DNA from: an uncultured Candidatus Saccharibacteria bacterium
GTDB lineage: Bacteria; Patescibacteriota; Minisyncoccia; Phycocordibacterales; 2-02-FULL-43-11
Assembly (NCBI GenBank): GCA_964348785.1
Contig: CAYGDO010000006.1
Location: 14,055 to 51,916, forward strand
Direction: 5' to 3'
Length of the DNA: 37,862 nt
How positions within the stretch are numbered: the first letter of the stretch is position 1; every line of letters starts with the position of its first letter. A program made the translations under genes and the position numbers. Below, piece by piece: positions 9,784-18,957 of this stretch. The notes below the pieces were generated by a model. That model made no database searches, was not told the origin of the DNA, and saw nothing but the letters and a program-made list of their open reading frames with translations.

Positions 9784-10830
9784 ATGGAAAATACAAAATA
9801 TAAAATTATCAGTTCTAAGGAAATTGCCGAAAAATCCTTAAAGGAAATTGAGGTGGAAATTCCTGAAAATGTCATAGCTAATTTTAGAAAAAAAGCTCTA
9901 AATAAAATAAAAGAAAGTGTTGAATTACCAGGCTTCCGAAAGGGCAAAGCCCCAGAAGACATGATTGTAAGCAGAGTTGGTGAAACAGCTATACTGGACG
10001 AAAGTATAGAGATTTTCGTCCGTGAACATATGGCTGAAATAATAGAGAAAGAGGCAAATGATGCAATAAGCATGCCTTCTATCTCTATCAAAAAAGCCGT
10101 ACCGGGAAATCCTGTTTCAATTCTAATTAGCGCACCACTTAAGCCAAAAATAAAACTGCCCGACTACAAAAAAATTGCCAAAGAGACCAACACACAAAAA
10201 CAGGAAAAAATAGAAATTGGTACCAAAGAAACAGAAGACGCTCTTTTAAGAGTAAGACAATATATCGCTAGCGCTGAAGGAAAACACGGTGATGAATTAA
10301 AAGACGAAAAAAATCTTCCAGAGTTAAATGATGAAACAGTAAAAAAAATTGGCCCATTTAAAAATCTAAAAGAATTTAAAGAAAAAGTAGAAAAGGATAT
10401 CCTTGAAGATAAAACTATACGCGCTAAAGAAAAACAGAGAATCGCCATTATGGAAAAAATAATAAAAGAAACTGAAGGAGCAATACCAGATGTTCTTGTA
10501 GATTATGAAATTGAAAGAATGAAAGATGAATTTAGAGTCGACATAGAAAGAATGGGATTAAAAATGGAAAACTACTTAAAAGACGCTAAAAAGACCGAGG
10601 AAGATTTAAAAAAAGAATGGAGAGAGCCGGCCATCAAAAGAATAAAATCAGAAATTATTTTAAGAGAAATAGCCATCATTGAAAAAATTGAGGCCGACAA
10701 AGAGCAAGCCGAAAAAGAAAAAGAGCACATGCTCGAACACTACAAAGATGCAGATCCAAAAAGAGTTGAGGACTACATCAACGATGTCTTGAGAAAAGAA
10801 AAAGTATTTTCTTTTCTAGAGGAGCAATAA
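9784..10830 (+). CDS. tig: Trigger factor (apparently lacking the FKBP PPIase domain)
   Basis: Ribosome-binding motif LPGFRKGKAP; LPELNDE...IPDVLVDYEIERM C-domain; ~348 aa; ATG 9784 preferred over TTG 9775. Confidence 0.9.
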   Translation: MENTKYKIISSKEIAEKSLKEIEVEIPENVIANFRKKALNKIKESVELPGFRKGKAPEDMIVSRVGETAILDESIEIFVREHMAEIIEKEANDAISMPSISIKKAVPGNPVSILISAPLKPKIKLPDYKKIAKETNTQKQEKIEIGTKETEDALLRVRQYIASAEGKHGDELKDEKNLPELNDETVKKIGPFKNLKEFKEKVEKDILEDKTIRAKEKQRIAIMEKIIKETEGAIPDVLVDYEIERMKDEFRVDIERMGLKMENYLKDAKKTEEDLKKEWREPAIKRIKSEIILREIAIIEKIEADKEQAEKEKEHMLEHYKDADPKRVEDYINDVLRKEKVFSFLEEQ

Positions 10831-11505
10831 AGAGGAGATTGCAACAGATGCTGTTTCGGCACGTAATGTAAAATTGCCAAGAGAAAAAATTGGAATGTTT
10901 TTTGATTTAAATAATTCAATTTCTTTTTCACTAAACCCTCCTTCTGGACCAACAAATAAGTTACAAGATTTAATTTGAAAGTTTTTAGAATTAAAATCCA
11001 CTCCAAATGAATCAAAAGCGATAGAATTTTCTGGTTTAATTTTATTTAATACATCTTCCAAATTTTCCAAATTTAAAATTTCAGGAATTTTTGTTCTGCC
11101 TGATTGCTCAACCGCTTCCCTTGCAATAATTTTCAACCTCTCAATATTCAAATTTTTCTTTTCACTTCTCTCAGAAATGATGGGTTGAAACTTTGAAACA
11201 CCCAGTTCTGTGCATTTTTCCACCACCCACTCAAAATTATCTTTTTTAATCAAAGAGGCAAATAAAACTATTTCTTTTTTTGGCTGATTTAAATTTTCTT
11301 TTTTAGAAATAATTTTTAGAACAACTTCATCTTTTTTAAGAGAAACAAATTCCGTTTCATACTCAAAACAATCCCCACAAAATAAAATAATCCTATCCCC
11401 CACTTTCAAACGAAAAACTCTTAACCATTGGTTGATTAAATTTCCATCTTTAACTAAAACACTATTTTCAATTTTTTGATTTATATAAAACCTATGTAAA
11501 CGCAT
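10816..11505 (-). CDS. rsmE: 16S rRNA m3U1498 methyltransferase
   Basis: MRLHRFY start, EKCTELGV, EAVEQSGR, VGPEGGFS, LRAETA (SPOUT fold); 3' end overlaps tig by 15 nt. Confidence 0.95.
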   Translation of the reverse strand: MRLHRFYINQKIENSVLVKDGNLINQWLRVFRLKVGDRIILFCGDCFEYETEFVSLKKDEVVLKIISKKENLNQPKKEIVLFASLIKKDNFEWVVEKCTELGVSKFQPIISERSEKKNLNIERLKIIAREAVEQSGRTKIPEILNLENLEDVLNKIKPENSIAFDSFGVDFNSKNFQIKSCNLFVGPEGGFSEKEIELFKSKNIPIFSLGNFTLRAETASVAISSLLLL

Positions 11506-11541
11506 AAAAAGATTGTAAATGATTTTTGATAAAAATAGAAT

Positions 11542-11580
11542 CGCCCCGACCGCGTGCCAAAGGCGCAAGCGGTCGGGGCG
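11542..11580 (-). terminator. GC-rich hairpin terminator for the small membrane gene
   Basis: cgccccgaccgc...gcggtcggggcg; on the minus strand followed by attctatttttat. Confidence 0.6.
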
Positions 11581-11592
11581 TCGGCCGAAGTT

Positions 11593-11778
11593 CTACCAGT
11601 ACTTCGGAGGATTTTGGGACATCTTCCAGAGTCCCCATGCTGCCACCAGTGGCAGCAGGAAACCAAGAAGAATCCAGTGATTCTGTTGTTCTCCCTTTGC
11701 GTTGCTTACCGCCAACGCAAAGGCCAAGACATTGGCCGCTAGCCCTACCAAGGCCAGCAACCGAAGAAAATTCTTCAT
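11593..11778 (-). CDS. Small two-TM membrane protein (61 aa)
   Basis: MKNFLRLLALVGLAANVLAFALAV...WILLGFLLPLVAAWGLWKM; own promoter TTGACA-17 nt-TAATAT (11818-11790) and a downstream hairpin. Confidence 0.65.
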   Translation of the reverse strand: MKNFLRLLALVGLAANVLAFALAVSNAKGEQQNHWILLGFLLPLVAAWGLWKMSQNPPKYW

Positions 11779-11789
11779 TGCCTTTTTTA

Positions 11790-11840
11790 ATATTAGCATA
11801 AAAAAGACTGCTTGTCAAATACAAAATCCCCTGCTATACT
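11790..11840. promoter_or_regulatory. Back-to-back sigma70 promoters with overlapping -35 boxes
   Basis: Plus: TTGTCA(11812)-17 nt-TATACT(11835), TG-extended, for clpP. Minus: TTGACA(11818)-17 nt-TAATAT(11795), TG-extended. Confidence 0.7.
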
Positions 11841-11877
11841 CTTTCCTGTTCAGCTTACAACTTTAATCTTTAAACTT

Positions 11878-12459
11878 ATGTTAATTCCCACAGTTATAGA
11901 AAAATCACAATTTGGCGAAAGAGCTTATGATATTTACTCTCGCCTACTTAAAGAAAACATCATCTTTTTAGGGGGGCCGATTGATTCTGACACTGCCAAT
12001 ATTGTTATTGCCCAACTACTTTTCTTAGAAAACGAAGATTCTAAAAAAGATATCTCTTTATATATAAACTCCCCTGGTGGCCACGTAGGTGATGGTTTGG
12101 CGATATTAGACACCATGAATCATATAAAAAACGACGTTTCGACAGTCTGCGTTGGAATGGCGGCCTCAATGGCGGCAGTCATATTGTCAGCCGGAGCAAA
12201 AGGCAAAAGATTTGCCTTACCAAATTCAGAAATTATGATCCACCAACCTCATGGCGGAGCAGAAGGCCAAGCCTCAGATATTGAAATAAGCGCCAGAAGA
12301 ATTTTAAAAAACAGAGAAGCTTTAAACAAAATTCTGGCTAAAAACACAGGTCAGACGCTTTCAAAAATTGAAAAAGATGTCGACCGGGACTTTTTCATGG
12401 ACCCAGAAGAGGCCAAAAAATACGGCATTGTCGATAAAGTGATTGAGAAGAGGTCTTAG
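11878..12459 (+). CDS. clpP: ATP-dependent Clp protease proteolytic subunit
   Basis: [34 protein letters not shown] (catalytic Ser), IMIHQP. Confidence 0.98.
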   Translation: MLIPTVIEKSQFGERAYDIYSRLLKENIIFLGGPIDSDTANIVIAQLLFLENEDSKKDISLYINSPGGHVGDGLAILDTMNHIKNDVSTVCVGMAASMAAVILSAGAKGKRFALPNSEIMIHQPHGGAEGQASDIEISARRILKNREALNKILAKNTGQTLSKIEKDVDRDFFMDPEEAKKYGIVDKVIEKRS

Positions 12460-12484
12460 ATAATTTTTTAGACTAACACCCCAT

Positions 12485-12518
12485 CAAACAGGCCACTTTT
12501 GGTGGTTTGTTTGCTTTT
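12485..12518 (+). terminator. clpP terminator
   Basis: caaacaggccac-ttttg-gtggtttgtttg followed by ctttt. Confidence 0.65.
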
Positions 12519-12545
12519 GAAAAAAATCTAATGTACTATGAAATA

Positions 12546-12690
12546 GTTAACATTTAAATATGATTTCGTTTCTTATCTACAAATTATCTCTGGAAATTCC
12601 CTCAAAGGAGCTTTTGACTTGTAAATTCAATAACTCAAAAAAGGTTAGGGTTCTAGAGCATAAAGACATATAGAGGGGGACGAGACCCAA
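12546..12690 (+). ncRNA. Putative 6S-like rod-shaped RNA or structured rny leader
   Basis: 12564-12579 pairs with 12671-12685; internal bubble; ctctggaa/ttctagag and ccct/aggg stems; apical ttttga/tcaaaa; promoter TTGCTT(12511)-17 nt-TACTAT(12534). Confidence 0.5.
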
Positions 12691-12694
12691 ACAG

Positions 12695-14224
12695 ATGTCA
12701 TTAAAAATTTTTGTTTTGCTAGCAGGGATTATAGCCGTAGCAGGTGTTGCTATCGGCTATTATCTTAGGCTCATCATCTCTTTAGGAAAAAGGGGCTCAA
12801 TGGAACTTGAGATAAAAGAAATGATGGTTAAATCTCAAGAAGAAGCTAAAAAAATCCTTCTTGGAGCAGAAAATCAAGCGGCAGGCATTTTAAAAGATGC
12901 TCGTATTGAGATGAAGGAGAAAGAAGAAAAGATAAAAAAGACAGAAGATAGACTTATTAAAAAAGAAGATTTGCTAGACCAAAGACAGGGCGATATAGAC
13001 AAGCAAACTGAAGAAATAAAAAATAAAATCGCCGAAGTCAAAAAAGTAAAAGAAAAGGTAGATGAGTTGGAGAAAAACAAGCAAATTGAGCTTGAAAAAA
13101 TCGCCAAATTGTCACAAGAAGATGCAAAAGATCAAATATTGTCGCTGGCCGAGAAAAAATATGCAGATGACATAATGGCTCGTTTGCAAAAAATTGAAAG
13201 AGCTGGCGAAGATCAAGTTGAGAAAAAAGCCAAAGATATACTAACAACCGTTATTCAAAGACTGGGTAATTCTGTTTCAGCGGATGTTCTGACCACCATG
13301 GTTAACATTCCAAACGATGAAATAAAAGGAAAAATCATTGGTAAAGAAGGTAGAAACATTAAGGCATTTGAAAGAGCGACCGGTGTTGAAATAATCGTAG
13401 ATGACACACCAGGAACTATCACAATCTCATCCTTCAATCCAATAAGGAGACAAATCGCGAGAGTGGCACTTGAAAATCTTATTCTTGAAGGAAAAATCCA
13501 GCCGGCAAAAATTGAAGAGGCGGTTAAAAAAGCTGAGGCGGATATTAATAAAATTATTAAAGAAAAAGGTACGCAGGCCGCTTATGAGTGTGGGGTTCTC
13601 AATCTTGACCCAAGAATTCTTATGATATTAGGCCGTTTACACTTCCGAACCAGTTATGGTCAAAACGTCCTTCAGCATTCAATAGAAATGGGACATCTTG
13701 CTGGTATGATGGCTGAAGAATTGGGAGCAAACGTGCAAATTGCCAAAGCTGGCGCCCTTCTCCACGACATAGGCAAAGCAGTAGATCACGAAGTACAAGG
13801 TACACACGTTGAAATTGGCAGAAGAATACTTCAAAAATTTGGAGCTGATGAACTCGTGATTAAAGCCATGCAGGCACATCATGGAGAGTACCCTTATGAA
13901 ACTCCAGAATCAATAATTGTTCAGACGGCCGACGCCATTTCAGGTAGTAGACCAGGAGCAAGAAGAGATACAGTTGAAAACTACTTAAAAAGGCTTGAGG
14001 ATTTGGAAAAAATAGCCACTTCATTCAAAGGTGTTGAAAAAGCTTACGCCATATCAGCAGGAAGAGAAATCAGGGTCTTCGTCACGCCGACCGATGTAAA
14101 TGATTTAGAATCCAAACAAATTGCAGCTGATATAGCAAGAAGAATTGAAGCTGAACTTAAATATCCAGGAGAAATAAAGGTGGCAGTAATTAGAGAAATG
14201 AGAGCCATAGAATACGCAAGATAA
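12695..14224 (+). CDS. rny: Ribonuclease Y
   Basis: N-terminal TM, coiled coil, KH motif KGKIIGKEGRNI, HD motif LLHDIGK, ADAISGSRPGAR. Confidence 0.98.
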   Translation: MSLKIFVLLAGIIAVAGVAIGYYLRLIISLGKRGSMELEIKEMMVKSQEEAKKILLGAENQAAGILKDARIEMKEKEEKIKKTEDRLIKKEDLLDQRQGDIDKQTEEIKNKIAEVKKVKEKVDELEKNKQIELEKIAKLSQEDAKDQILSLAEKKYADDIMARLQKIERAGEDQVEKKAKDILTTVIQRLGNSVSADVLTTMVNIPNDEIKGKIIGKEGRNIKAFERATGVEIIVDDTPGTITISSFNPIRRQIARVALENLILEGKIQPAKIEEAVKKAEADINKIIKEKGTQAAYECGVLNLDPRILMILGRLHFRTSYGQNVLQHSIEMGHLAGMMAEELGANVQIAKAGALLHDIGKAVDHEVQGTHVEIGRRILQKFGADELVIKAMQAHHGEYPYETPESIIVQTADAISGSRPGARRDTVENYLKRLEDLEKIATSFKGVEKAYAISAGREIRVFVTPTDVNDLESKQIAADIARRIEAELKYPGEIKVAVIREMRAIEYAR

Positions 14225-14231
14225 AAGTAAC

Positions 14232-14267
14232 TTTTATAAAAACCCCCTTATGGGGGTTTTTATAAAA
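14232..14267. terminator. Bidirectional terminator
   Basis: ttttataaaaaccccc-ttat-gggggtttttataaaa between rny and a convergent small ORF. Confidence 0.85.
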
Positions 14268-14292
14268 AAGCCGCCTCTCCAAAAGACGACCC

Positions 14293-14418
14293 TTACTTCT
14301 TACTTAACCACACATTGCGCCTATCTTCCCTATCCTTCCTCGATGAGACAAAAGACAGGCCTAAAATGCAAGCGACTACCAACACAATTCCCCCACCGAG
14401 CAACCATAACGAGTTCAT
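14293..14418 (-). CDS. Small single-TM protein (41 aa), below the ORF-track cutoff
   Basis: MNSLWLLGGGIVLVVACILGLSFVSSRKDREDRRNVWLSKK*; upstream TTGACT at 14456; converges on the terminator. Confidence 0.55.
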   Translation of the reverse strand: MNSLWLLGGGIVLVVACILGLSFVSSRKDREDRRNVWLSKK

Positions 14419-14479
14419 AACTATCAAAAAAATACAACTTTAAAAAATAAAGTCAAATTGAAAAGAAACAAAAAGTAGT

Positions 14480-14620
14480 TTGCTCAAAAAAAGCCTTAAT
14501 ATATAATGTTTATAAAAGAACTCGATATTTTTAGCCGTCGAGTTTTGCCCCGAAAAGCTTAAGGGGTGAAAGGTCGAAAAACGCGCGTTTTTCGAAAATT
14601 ATAAGAACAAGAAAAAAAAT
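14480..14620 (+). promoter_or_regulatory. HU promoter and structured 5' leader
   Basis: TTGCTC(14480)-16 nt-TATAAT(14502), then hairpins aactcga/tcgagtt, gcccc/ggggt and palindrome tcgaaaaacgcgcgtttttcga. Confidence 0.55.
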
Positions 14621-14893
14621 ATGAATAAGCAGAGCATTGTTGAGGCGGTGCATGCCAAACTTGGTGGCACAAAAGTTCAAGCGGAATCGGCTGTTGATAC
14701 TTTTATCGACACCATCGTTTCTAACCTTAAAAAAGGTGAGGAAATTTCAATCGCTGGACTTGGTATCTTTGCAGTCAAAGTAAGAGCTGCAAGAACTGCC
14801 AGAAACCCAAGAACTGGGGAAACAGTTCAAGTACCTTCAATGAAGGTCCCTAAATTCAGAGCAGCTAAAGCTTTGAAAGATGCAGTAAAATAA
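14621..14893 (+). CDS. hup: DNA-binding protein HU
   Basis: MNKQSIVEAV...GLGIFAVKVRAARTARNPRTGE...PKFRAAKALKDAVK. Confidence 0.97.
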   Translation: MNKQSIVEAVHAKLGGTKVQAESAVDTFIDTIVSNLKKGEEISIAGLGIFAVKVRAARTARNPRTGETVQVPSMKVPKFRAAKALKDAVK

Positions 14894-14910
14894 CTCCATT
14901 TCCTAGGAAA

Positions 14911-14942
14911 AACAAAAACCCGCCGTAAGGCGGGCTTTTGTT
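14911..14942. terminator. Bidirectional terminator between hup and the pilin operon
   Basis: aacaaaaacccgcc-gtaa-ggcgggcttttgtt. Confidence 0.85.
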
Positions 14943-16369
14943 TACTCAATTTCTTTCCAAGAAATAACTTGATAGGGTTCAGAAGTTAAAGGAAAAGAAG
15001 GTGGCGGTGCATACAACATACTAGCATCATAAATAATATTTCTTGTGTCGTAACCAGTGCCATCAGTATATGCAAAACCATATCTTTGACTAGAAGCTAT
15101 CATACCGAACAAAGTCAAAGTATTCCTATCATGATAAGGGTCACAGTCATTTTCATAATAAAATCGCCCCACCCTGCCATTCTGCGCCACTAAAGCGGCG
15201 TCAATTCTTAAGTCGTCTTCACTTACCATACCCACATTAATATTTTTCTGAGCAATAAGCGCTATTGAATCCTGGCCGTCATAGTTTGTATAAAGTAAAT
15301 CATTATTAATAGTTATACTTGTACGTGTATTAGCATTGTCCGGAAATACCCCTGAAGCTATAGTCGCCCTTGCGGTGTTTATAATACCCTCAACCCAAAC
15401 ATCATCTTCTACAAAAATTAAACCGTTGGCAGGAATGGGAAAATTGCCGACAAGCGTCTGAGCGTTAGCTTGATTTTTTATACTCCAGCTTCCCCAACCA
15501 GTCTGATTAGCAGTATTAGTACAATTATTTGGAAGGCTAGCCAAAGTTTTTACTTTGTATATATCAAACGTGTCATTGTTTTTCAACAAAATTCTATAAC
15601 CAAGAAATCCGGAGTCACCAAAATACTTGCCGCTCGCAACCGCTTGGGTTTTAATGTTAGCCAAATCAGCCGTTATGCCATTAAAATCTATTGCCGACAC
15701 TGGAAATTGTCTGCCTGCCATAAAAACATCAGGCCTATTAGAAACGGCTGCTGGTGGCAATGGATCAACTGGGGCTAGATGTGTATGAACTCCGAACTCT
15801 AATCCTCCACCATGATCGGGGTCATCATAACTAGCCAAAGCGCTTGTAACAATATTATGCGCCAAACCATCAAACCTAACACCTTTATTGGAATGAACGG
15901 CCCCAAAAACTTCAGTACCTTCTCCAAAACGCATATGATCATTTGCAGCTACAGCAAATTTTGCCCAAGAAGGTATGGCCAGTTTGGTCTCTATTGTTCT
16001 ACTTTTTGGCGGAGTGGTCGAAGAAGTACCCGTTGATCGTACCGTAACTATAGTGGAACCAACGGGAGGAGGAGTTATCGTAAGAGAAAAATTACCCAAG
16101 ACATTATCATTTTTATCTTTAAAAGTATGAACATACGGTCCAGGATTATTCGTCCCATCTTTAAAGTCTTGAGGAGCATGAGCTAAATGCCATCTGTAAT
16201 AATCGACTCCAGCTTCTGCTATATGCATAGCCACTTCATTGGCGCTGGCTTGTTTCATAGCTTTCAAATTTAATGACGCCCAACTAACTAAACCAGAAAT
16301 AAACATGACGGCTATAGTAGAAAAAACAATTGTCTGAATCAAAATTGTTCCTGAGTTATTTTTTTTCAT
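14942..16369 (-). CDS. PilX-like type IV minor pilin / pilus assembly protein
   Basis: KKNNSG|TILIQTIVFS prepilin-like N-terminus, AMHIAEAGVDY, VRSTG, C-terminal SWKE. Confidence 0.8.
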   Translation of the reverse strand: MKKNNSGTILIQTIVFSTIAVMFISGLVSWASLNLKAMKQASANEVAMHIAEAGVDYYRWHLAHAPQDFKDGTNNPGPYVHTFKDKNDNVLGNFSLTITPPPVGSTIVTVRSTGTSSTTPPKSRTIETKLAIPSWAKFAVAANDHMRFGEGTEVFGAVHSNKGVRFDGLAHNIVTSALASYDDPDHGGGLEFGVHTHLAPVDPLPPAAVSNRPDVFMAGRQFPVSAIDFNGITADLANIKTQAVASGKYFGDSGFLGYRILLKNNDTFDIYKVKTLASLPNNCTNTANQTGWGSWSIKNQANAQTLVGNFPIPANGLIFVEDDVWVEGIINTARATIASGVFPDNANTRTSITINNDLLYTNYDGQDSIALIAQKNINVGMVSEDDLRIDAALVAQNGRVGRFYYENDCDPYHDRNTLTLFGMIASSQRYGFAYTDGTGYDTRNIIYDASMLYAPPPSFPLTSEPYQVISWKEIE

Positions 16370-16977
16370 AAATTACTTTTTAAATTTCTAATTGAGACCT
16401 GTGTTTCAACACTTATGGCCTTTGGGGCTTGAGCAGCATTTTGATCAATACTTATTGAAATTTTTATAAGCCTAACTCTATCAATAGCAACCGGCGAACT
16501 TAAAGGGGCTGTTGTTCCGTCATAACTTGAATCAAAATAATAAAAAATGTTAGCATTTGGATCTAAAAGATAATCTATTAGCAAATAAGACACTTCCGGT
16601 TGCCCAGCGTAATAAGGAGGATTGGCCGTAGGTTTTGTAACACCCTTTTTTAATTTTCCACCAGAAACGTAATAACGAACCTTTTCGATAAGCGCATCAT
16701 CATCAATATTCGCAAAAAAGACAATTTCCTTAGAATTAGTCAGGACCAGTGGGTAAGAACCGTCTGCGCCAGGAGAAGCTTTCCTAATTTCAGAAGAAAT
16801 TACTTTTATTATCTTAAGGGCTTCCCTTTCTGCCTCAAGTCCCCCCCTCATTACACTGTTCAACAAAAAAACATCTTTTTGAAAACTGGCCACGGAAAGA
16901 GAAACTATTAACAAAACTCCCACCACCGTTAACGTTTCCACTAAAGTAACACCTCTTTTATACCTTAAAAAAATCAT
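16366..16977 (-). CDS. PilW/PulJ-like prepilin
   Basis: KRG|VTLVETL type IV prepilin cleavage/methylation motif; EIRKA; C-terminal VSIRNLK; ATGA overlap with next gene. Confidence 0.85.
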   Translation of the reverse strand: MIFLRYKRGVTLVETLTVVGVLLIVSLSVASFQKDVFLLNSVMRGGLEAEREALKIIKVISSEIRKASPGADGSYPLVLTNSKEIVFFANIDDDALIEKVRYYVSGGKLKKGVTKPTANPPYYAGQPEVSYLLIDYLLDPNANIFYYFDSSYDGTTAPLSSPVAIDRVRLIKISISIDQNAAQAPKAISVETQVSIRNLKSNL

Positions 16978-18806
16978 GGCATTAAAAAGAAATTATCTGA
17001 GCCAGAACCGTTAATATTTATACTCCCAATTGTATCTTGATAGCCATTCTTTGAAATTAAAACATCGTAATTGCCGGCAGTTAAACTTGAAAACCTAACC
17101 TGACCAGGTGAAACACAATCAGACGTAAAAGTGAAAGAGACATCCGACACAGTTGGCGTAGAAGAAGTTGCTATGGTATTTAAAAATAATTTATACCTTA
17201 AATACCTATTTCCATTATTCGAAGAGTGAATATTGGCATTAGTTATGTCATAAAAAGTTGAACCTGTGTCATCTGGCCCTTTAAAATCCCAAGTGAGATT
17301 ATCATTATTGGTGGCGATTTGAAATTTAACAGAATCTGAACCTGATTCGACTGGTTGGGTTTTCGGTGTCCAATTCAACTCGTAAAAATTACTTGCTGAA
17401 CCAGTATCAAACGTAGATGAAACCAGTGAACCATCAAACAAATAATCGTCGCCACTCTTGTTCAAAAATAAATCACCGGGAGAAGTTGTGTAATCAATAC
17501 TCGTAGAATCAAAAAATTTGCTCTCATCACTACTAAAATTATCCTGCCCACCACCCAAAGACCAATCTGTCTGTCTTAAAAAACCTCGCCCGGTAACCAA
17601 GGTTGAATCAAACCCGGCACTATTTGTTAATTTGACGCTGGCTCCAGACAAAGGTAATCCGGACACCGAATCTATAACAGAAATTATTCTACTAATTGGG
17701 TCAGCCGGAGCTAAAACAATTTGCACATTGTGTGTTGCATTAGGAAGCACATTTAAAGGAAAAGAAGGATTGATACCTAACAAATCATAAGCACCACCTA
17801 AATTTAAACTAATATCGTAAGTATCCCACTCTAGACTGCTAACAGTCTTGGCACCGCCACTATTAGTGACAAAACTTGAAGAATATTTTTTTATATCAGG
17901 ACTCGTGCCGATTAACTTAGAACCATTTAAACTAAAAGAAATATCTGGGACCAGGGCACAATTTTCAGTAATACTAGAAACATTCATCGTGCCTGTTCTA
18001 TCAATTGAGAAACTGGTTTGCGTTATTTGCTGAACTCCAATATTAGCATTCGGCTTTACTGGATTAGGATTTAAAACTGCACCAGTTGGATAAGTTTGTT
18101 CTGAGGAATAACCATTTTTAGAAACAAAAATCTGATAGGCCTCATTTCCCGGCGGAACATCAACTATCTGCAACATGCCAGAGTTATTGGTTACATCATT
18201 AATTATTATATTTGGTATTACATTTTTATTTTCTATACGTACAGACGCACCTGAAACATCTAAACCGCTTGCATCGAATACTTTCACAAAAAGAGCACCG
18301 TTAGTAGAAGCGGTTTCTAAATTTTTAGGGCCAATAGTCGTAGTAAAAAAAGAGGAGGTAAAATTTTTACACAAAGGACAAGTGACCTCAACTTCTGCCA
18401 ATTTATAATCCGCTGGAGATAAATCATTTGGCGTTCCACCTAAAATTCCATCAAACGGATCGTCAATATTTCTGATCGTAGTAGTTAATATATAGTCTTG
18501 ACCATCTCTATTTACAGTCCTAATATGAGGGATCGCCCCAACAGGAATTCCGCCTTGAATACCAACATTCGAATAAGATAGATTTCTAATTATTTCAAAC
18601 TGCTCATTAGCAAGAGTCACAGCCACCAATTTATTTTGAGCCAACTTTATTAAAGAAAAAATACTTGAGTAAGCTTGATAGATGCCAATAGCTACCAGAG
18701 AAAAAACGGCAACGCCGATCAACGCTTCTACCAAACTAAGTCCCCTGTTAGAAAACTTGTTTGGGAAAATACTAAATTTATTTTTTTTCAAAAAAAAGAA
18801 ACTCAT
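16974..18806 (-). CDS. PilV-like prepilin with long beta-sandwich (carboxypeptidase-regulatory-like) extension
   Basis: NRG|LSLVEAL motif, ANEQFEIIRNLSY, repeated SGASV..TN..G and SKNGY modules; ATGA overlap. Confidence 0.8.
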   Translation of the reverse strand: MSFFFLKKNKFSIFPNKFSNRGLSLVEALIGVAVFSLVAIGIYQAYSSIFSLIKLAQNKLVAVTLANEQFEIIRNLSYSNVGIQGGIPVGAIPHIRTVNRDGQDYILTTTIRNIDDPFDGILGGTPNDLSPADYKLAEVEVTCPLCKNFTSSFFTTTIGPKNLETASTNGALFVKVFDASGLDVSGASVRIENKNVIPNIIINDVTNNSGMLQIVDVPPGNEAYQIFVSKNGYSSEQTYPTGAVLNPNPVKPNANIGVQQITQTSFSIDRTGTMNVSSITENCALVPDISFSLNGSKLIGTSPDIKKYSSSFVTNSGGAKTVSSLEWDTYDISLNLGGAYDLLGINPSFPLNVLPNATHNVQIVLAPADPISRIISVIDSVSGLPLSGASVKLTNSAGFDSTLVTGRGFLRQTDWSLGGGQDNFSSDESKFFDSTSIDYTTSPGDLFLNKSGDDYLFDGSLVSSTFDTGSASNFYELNWTPKTQPVESGSDSVKFQIATNNDNLTWDFKGPDDTGSTFYDITNANIHSSNNGNRYLRYKLFLNTIATSSTPTVSDVSFTFTSDCVSPGQVRFSSLTAGNYDVLISKNGYQDTIGSININGSGSDNFFLMP

Positions 18807-18823
18807 TCATAAGTATTATATCA

Positions 18824-18851
18824 GAAAGTAGAAAGTGGAAAGTGGAAAATA
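18824..18851. repeat. Heptamer tandem repeat in the pilin-operon promoter region
   Basis: gaaagta-gaaagtg-gaaagtg-gaaaata, just upstream of the minus-strand TATAAT at 18815-18820. Confidence 0.6.
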
Positions 18852-18957
18852 GTAAATTAAAAGATAAAAAATGAAAAAACTGAAGATATAAAAAACCCCA
18901 CACTTTCGTATGAGGTTGGAGTTTGTGATACACATATCTCCAAAGCGTTTGGCAGAC

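Noticed and set aside
18781..18797. T8/A8 homopolymers as a phase-variation switch in the pilin gene
   Set aside because: The gene is in frame and such runs are common throughout this AT-rich window.
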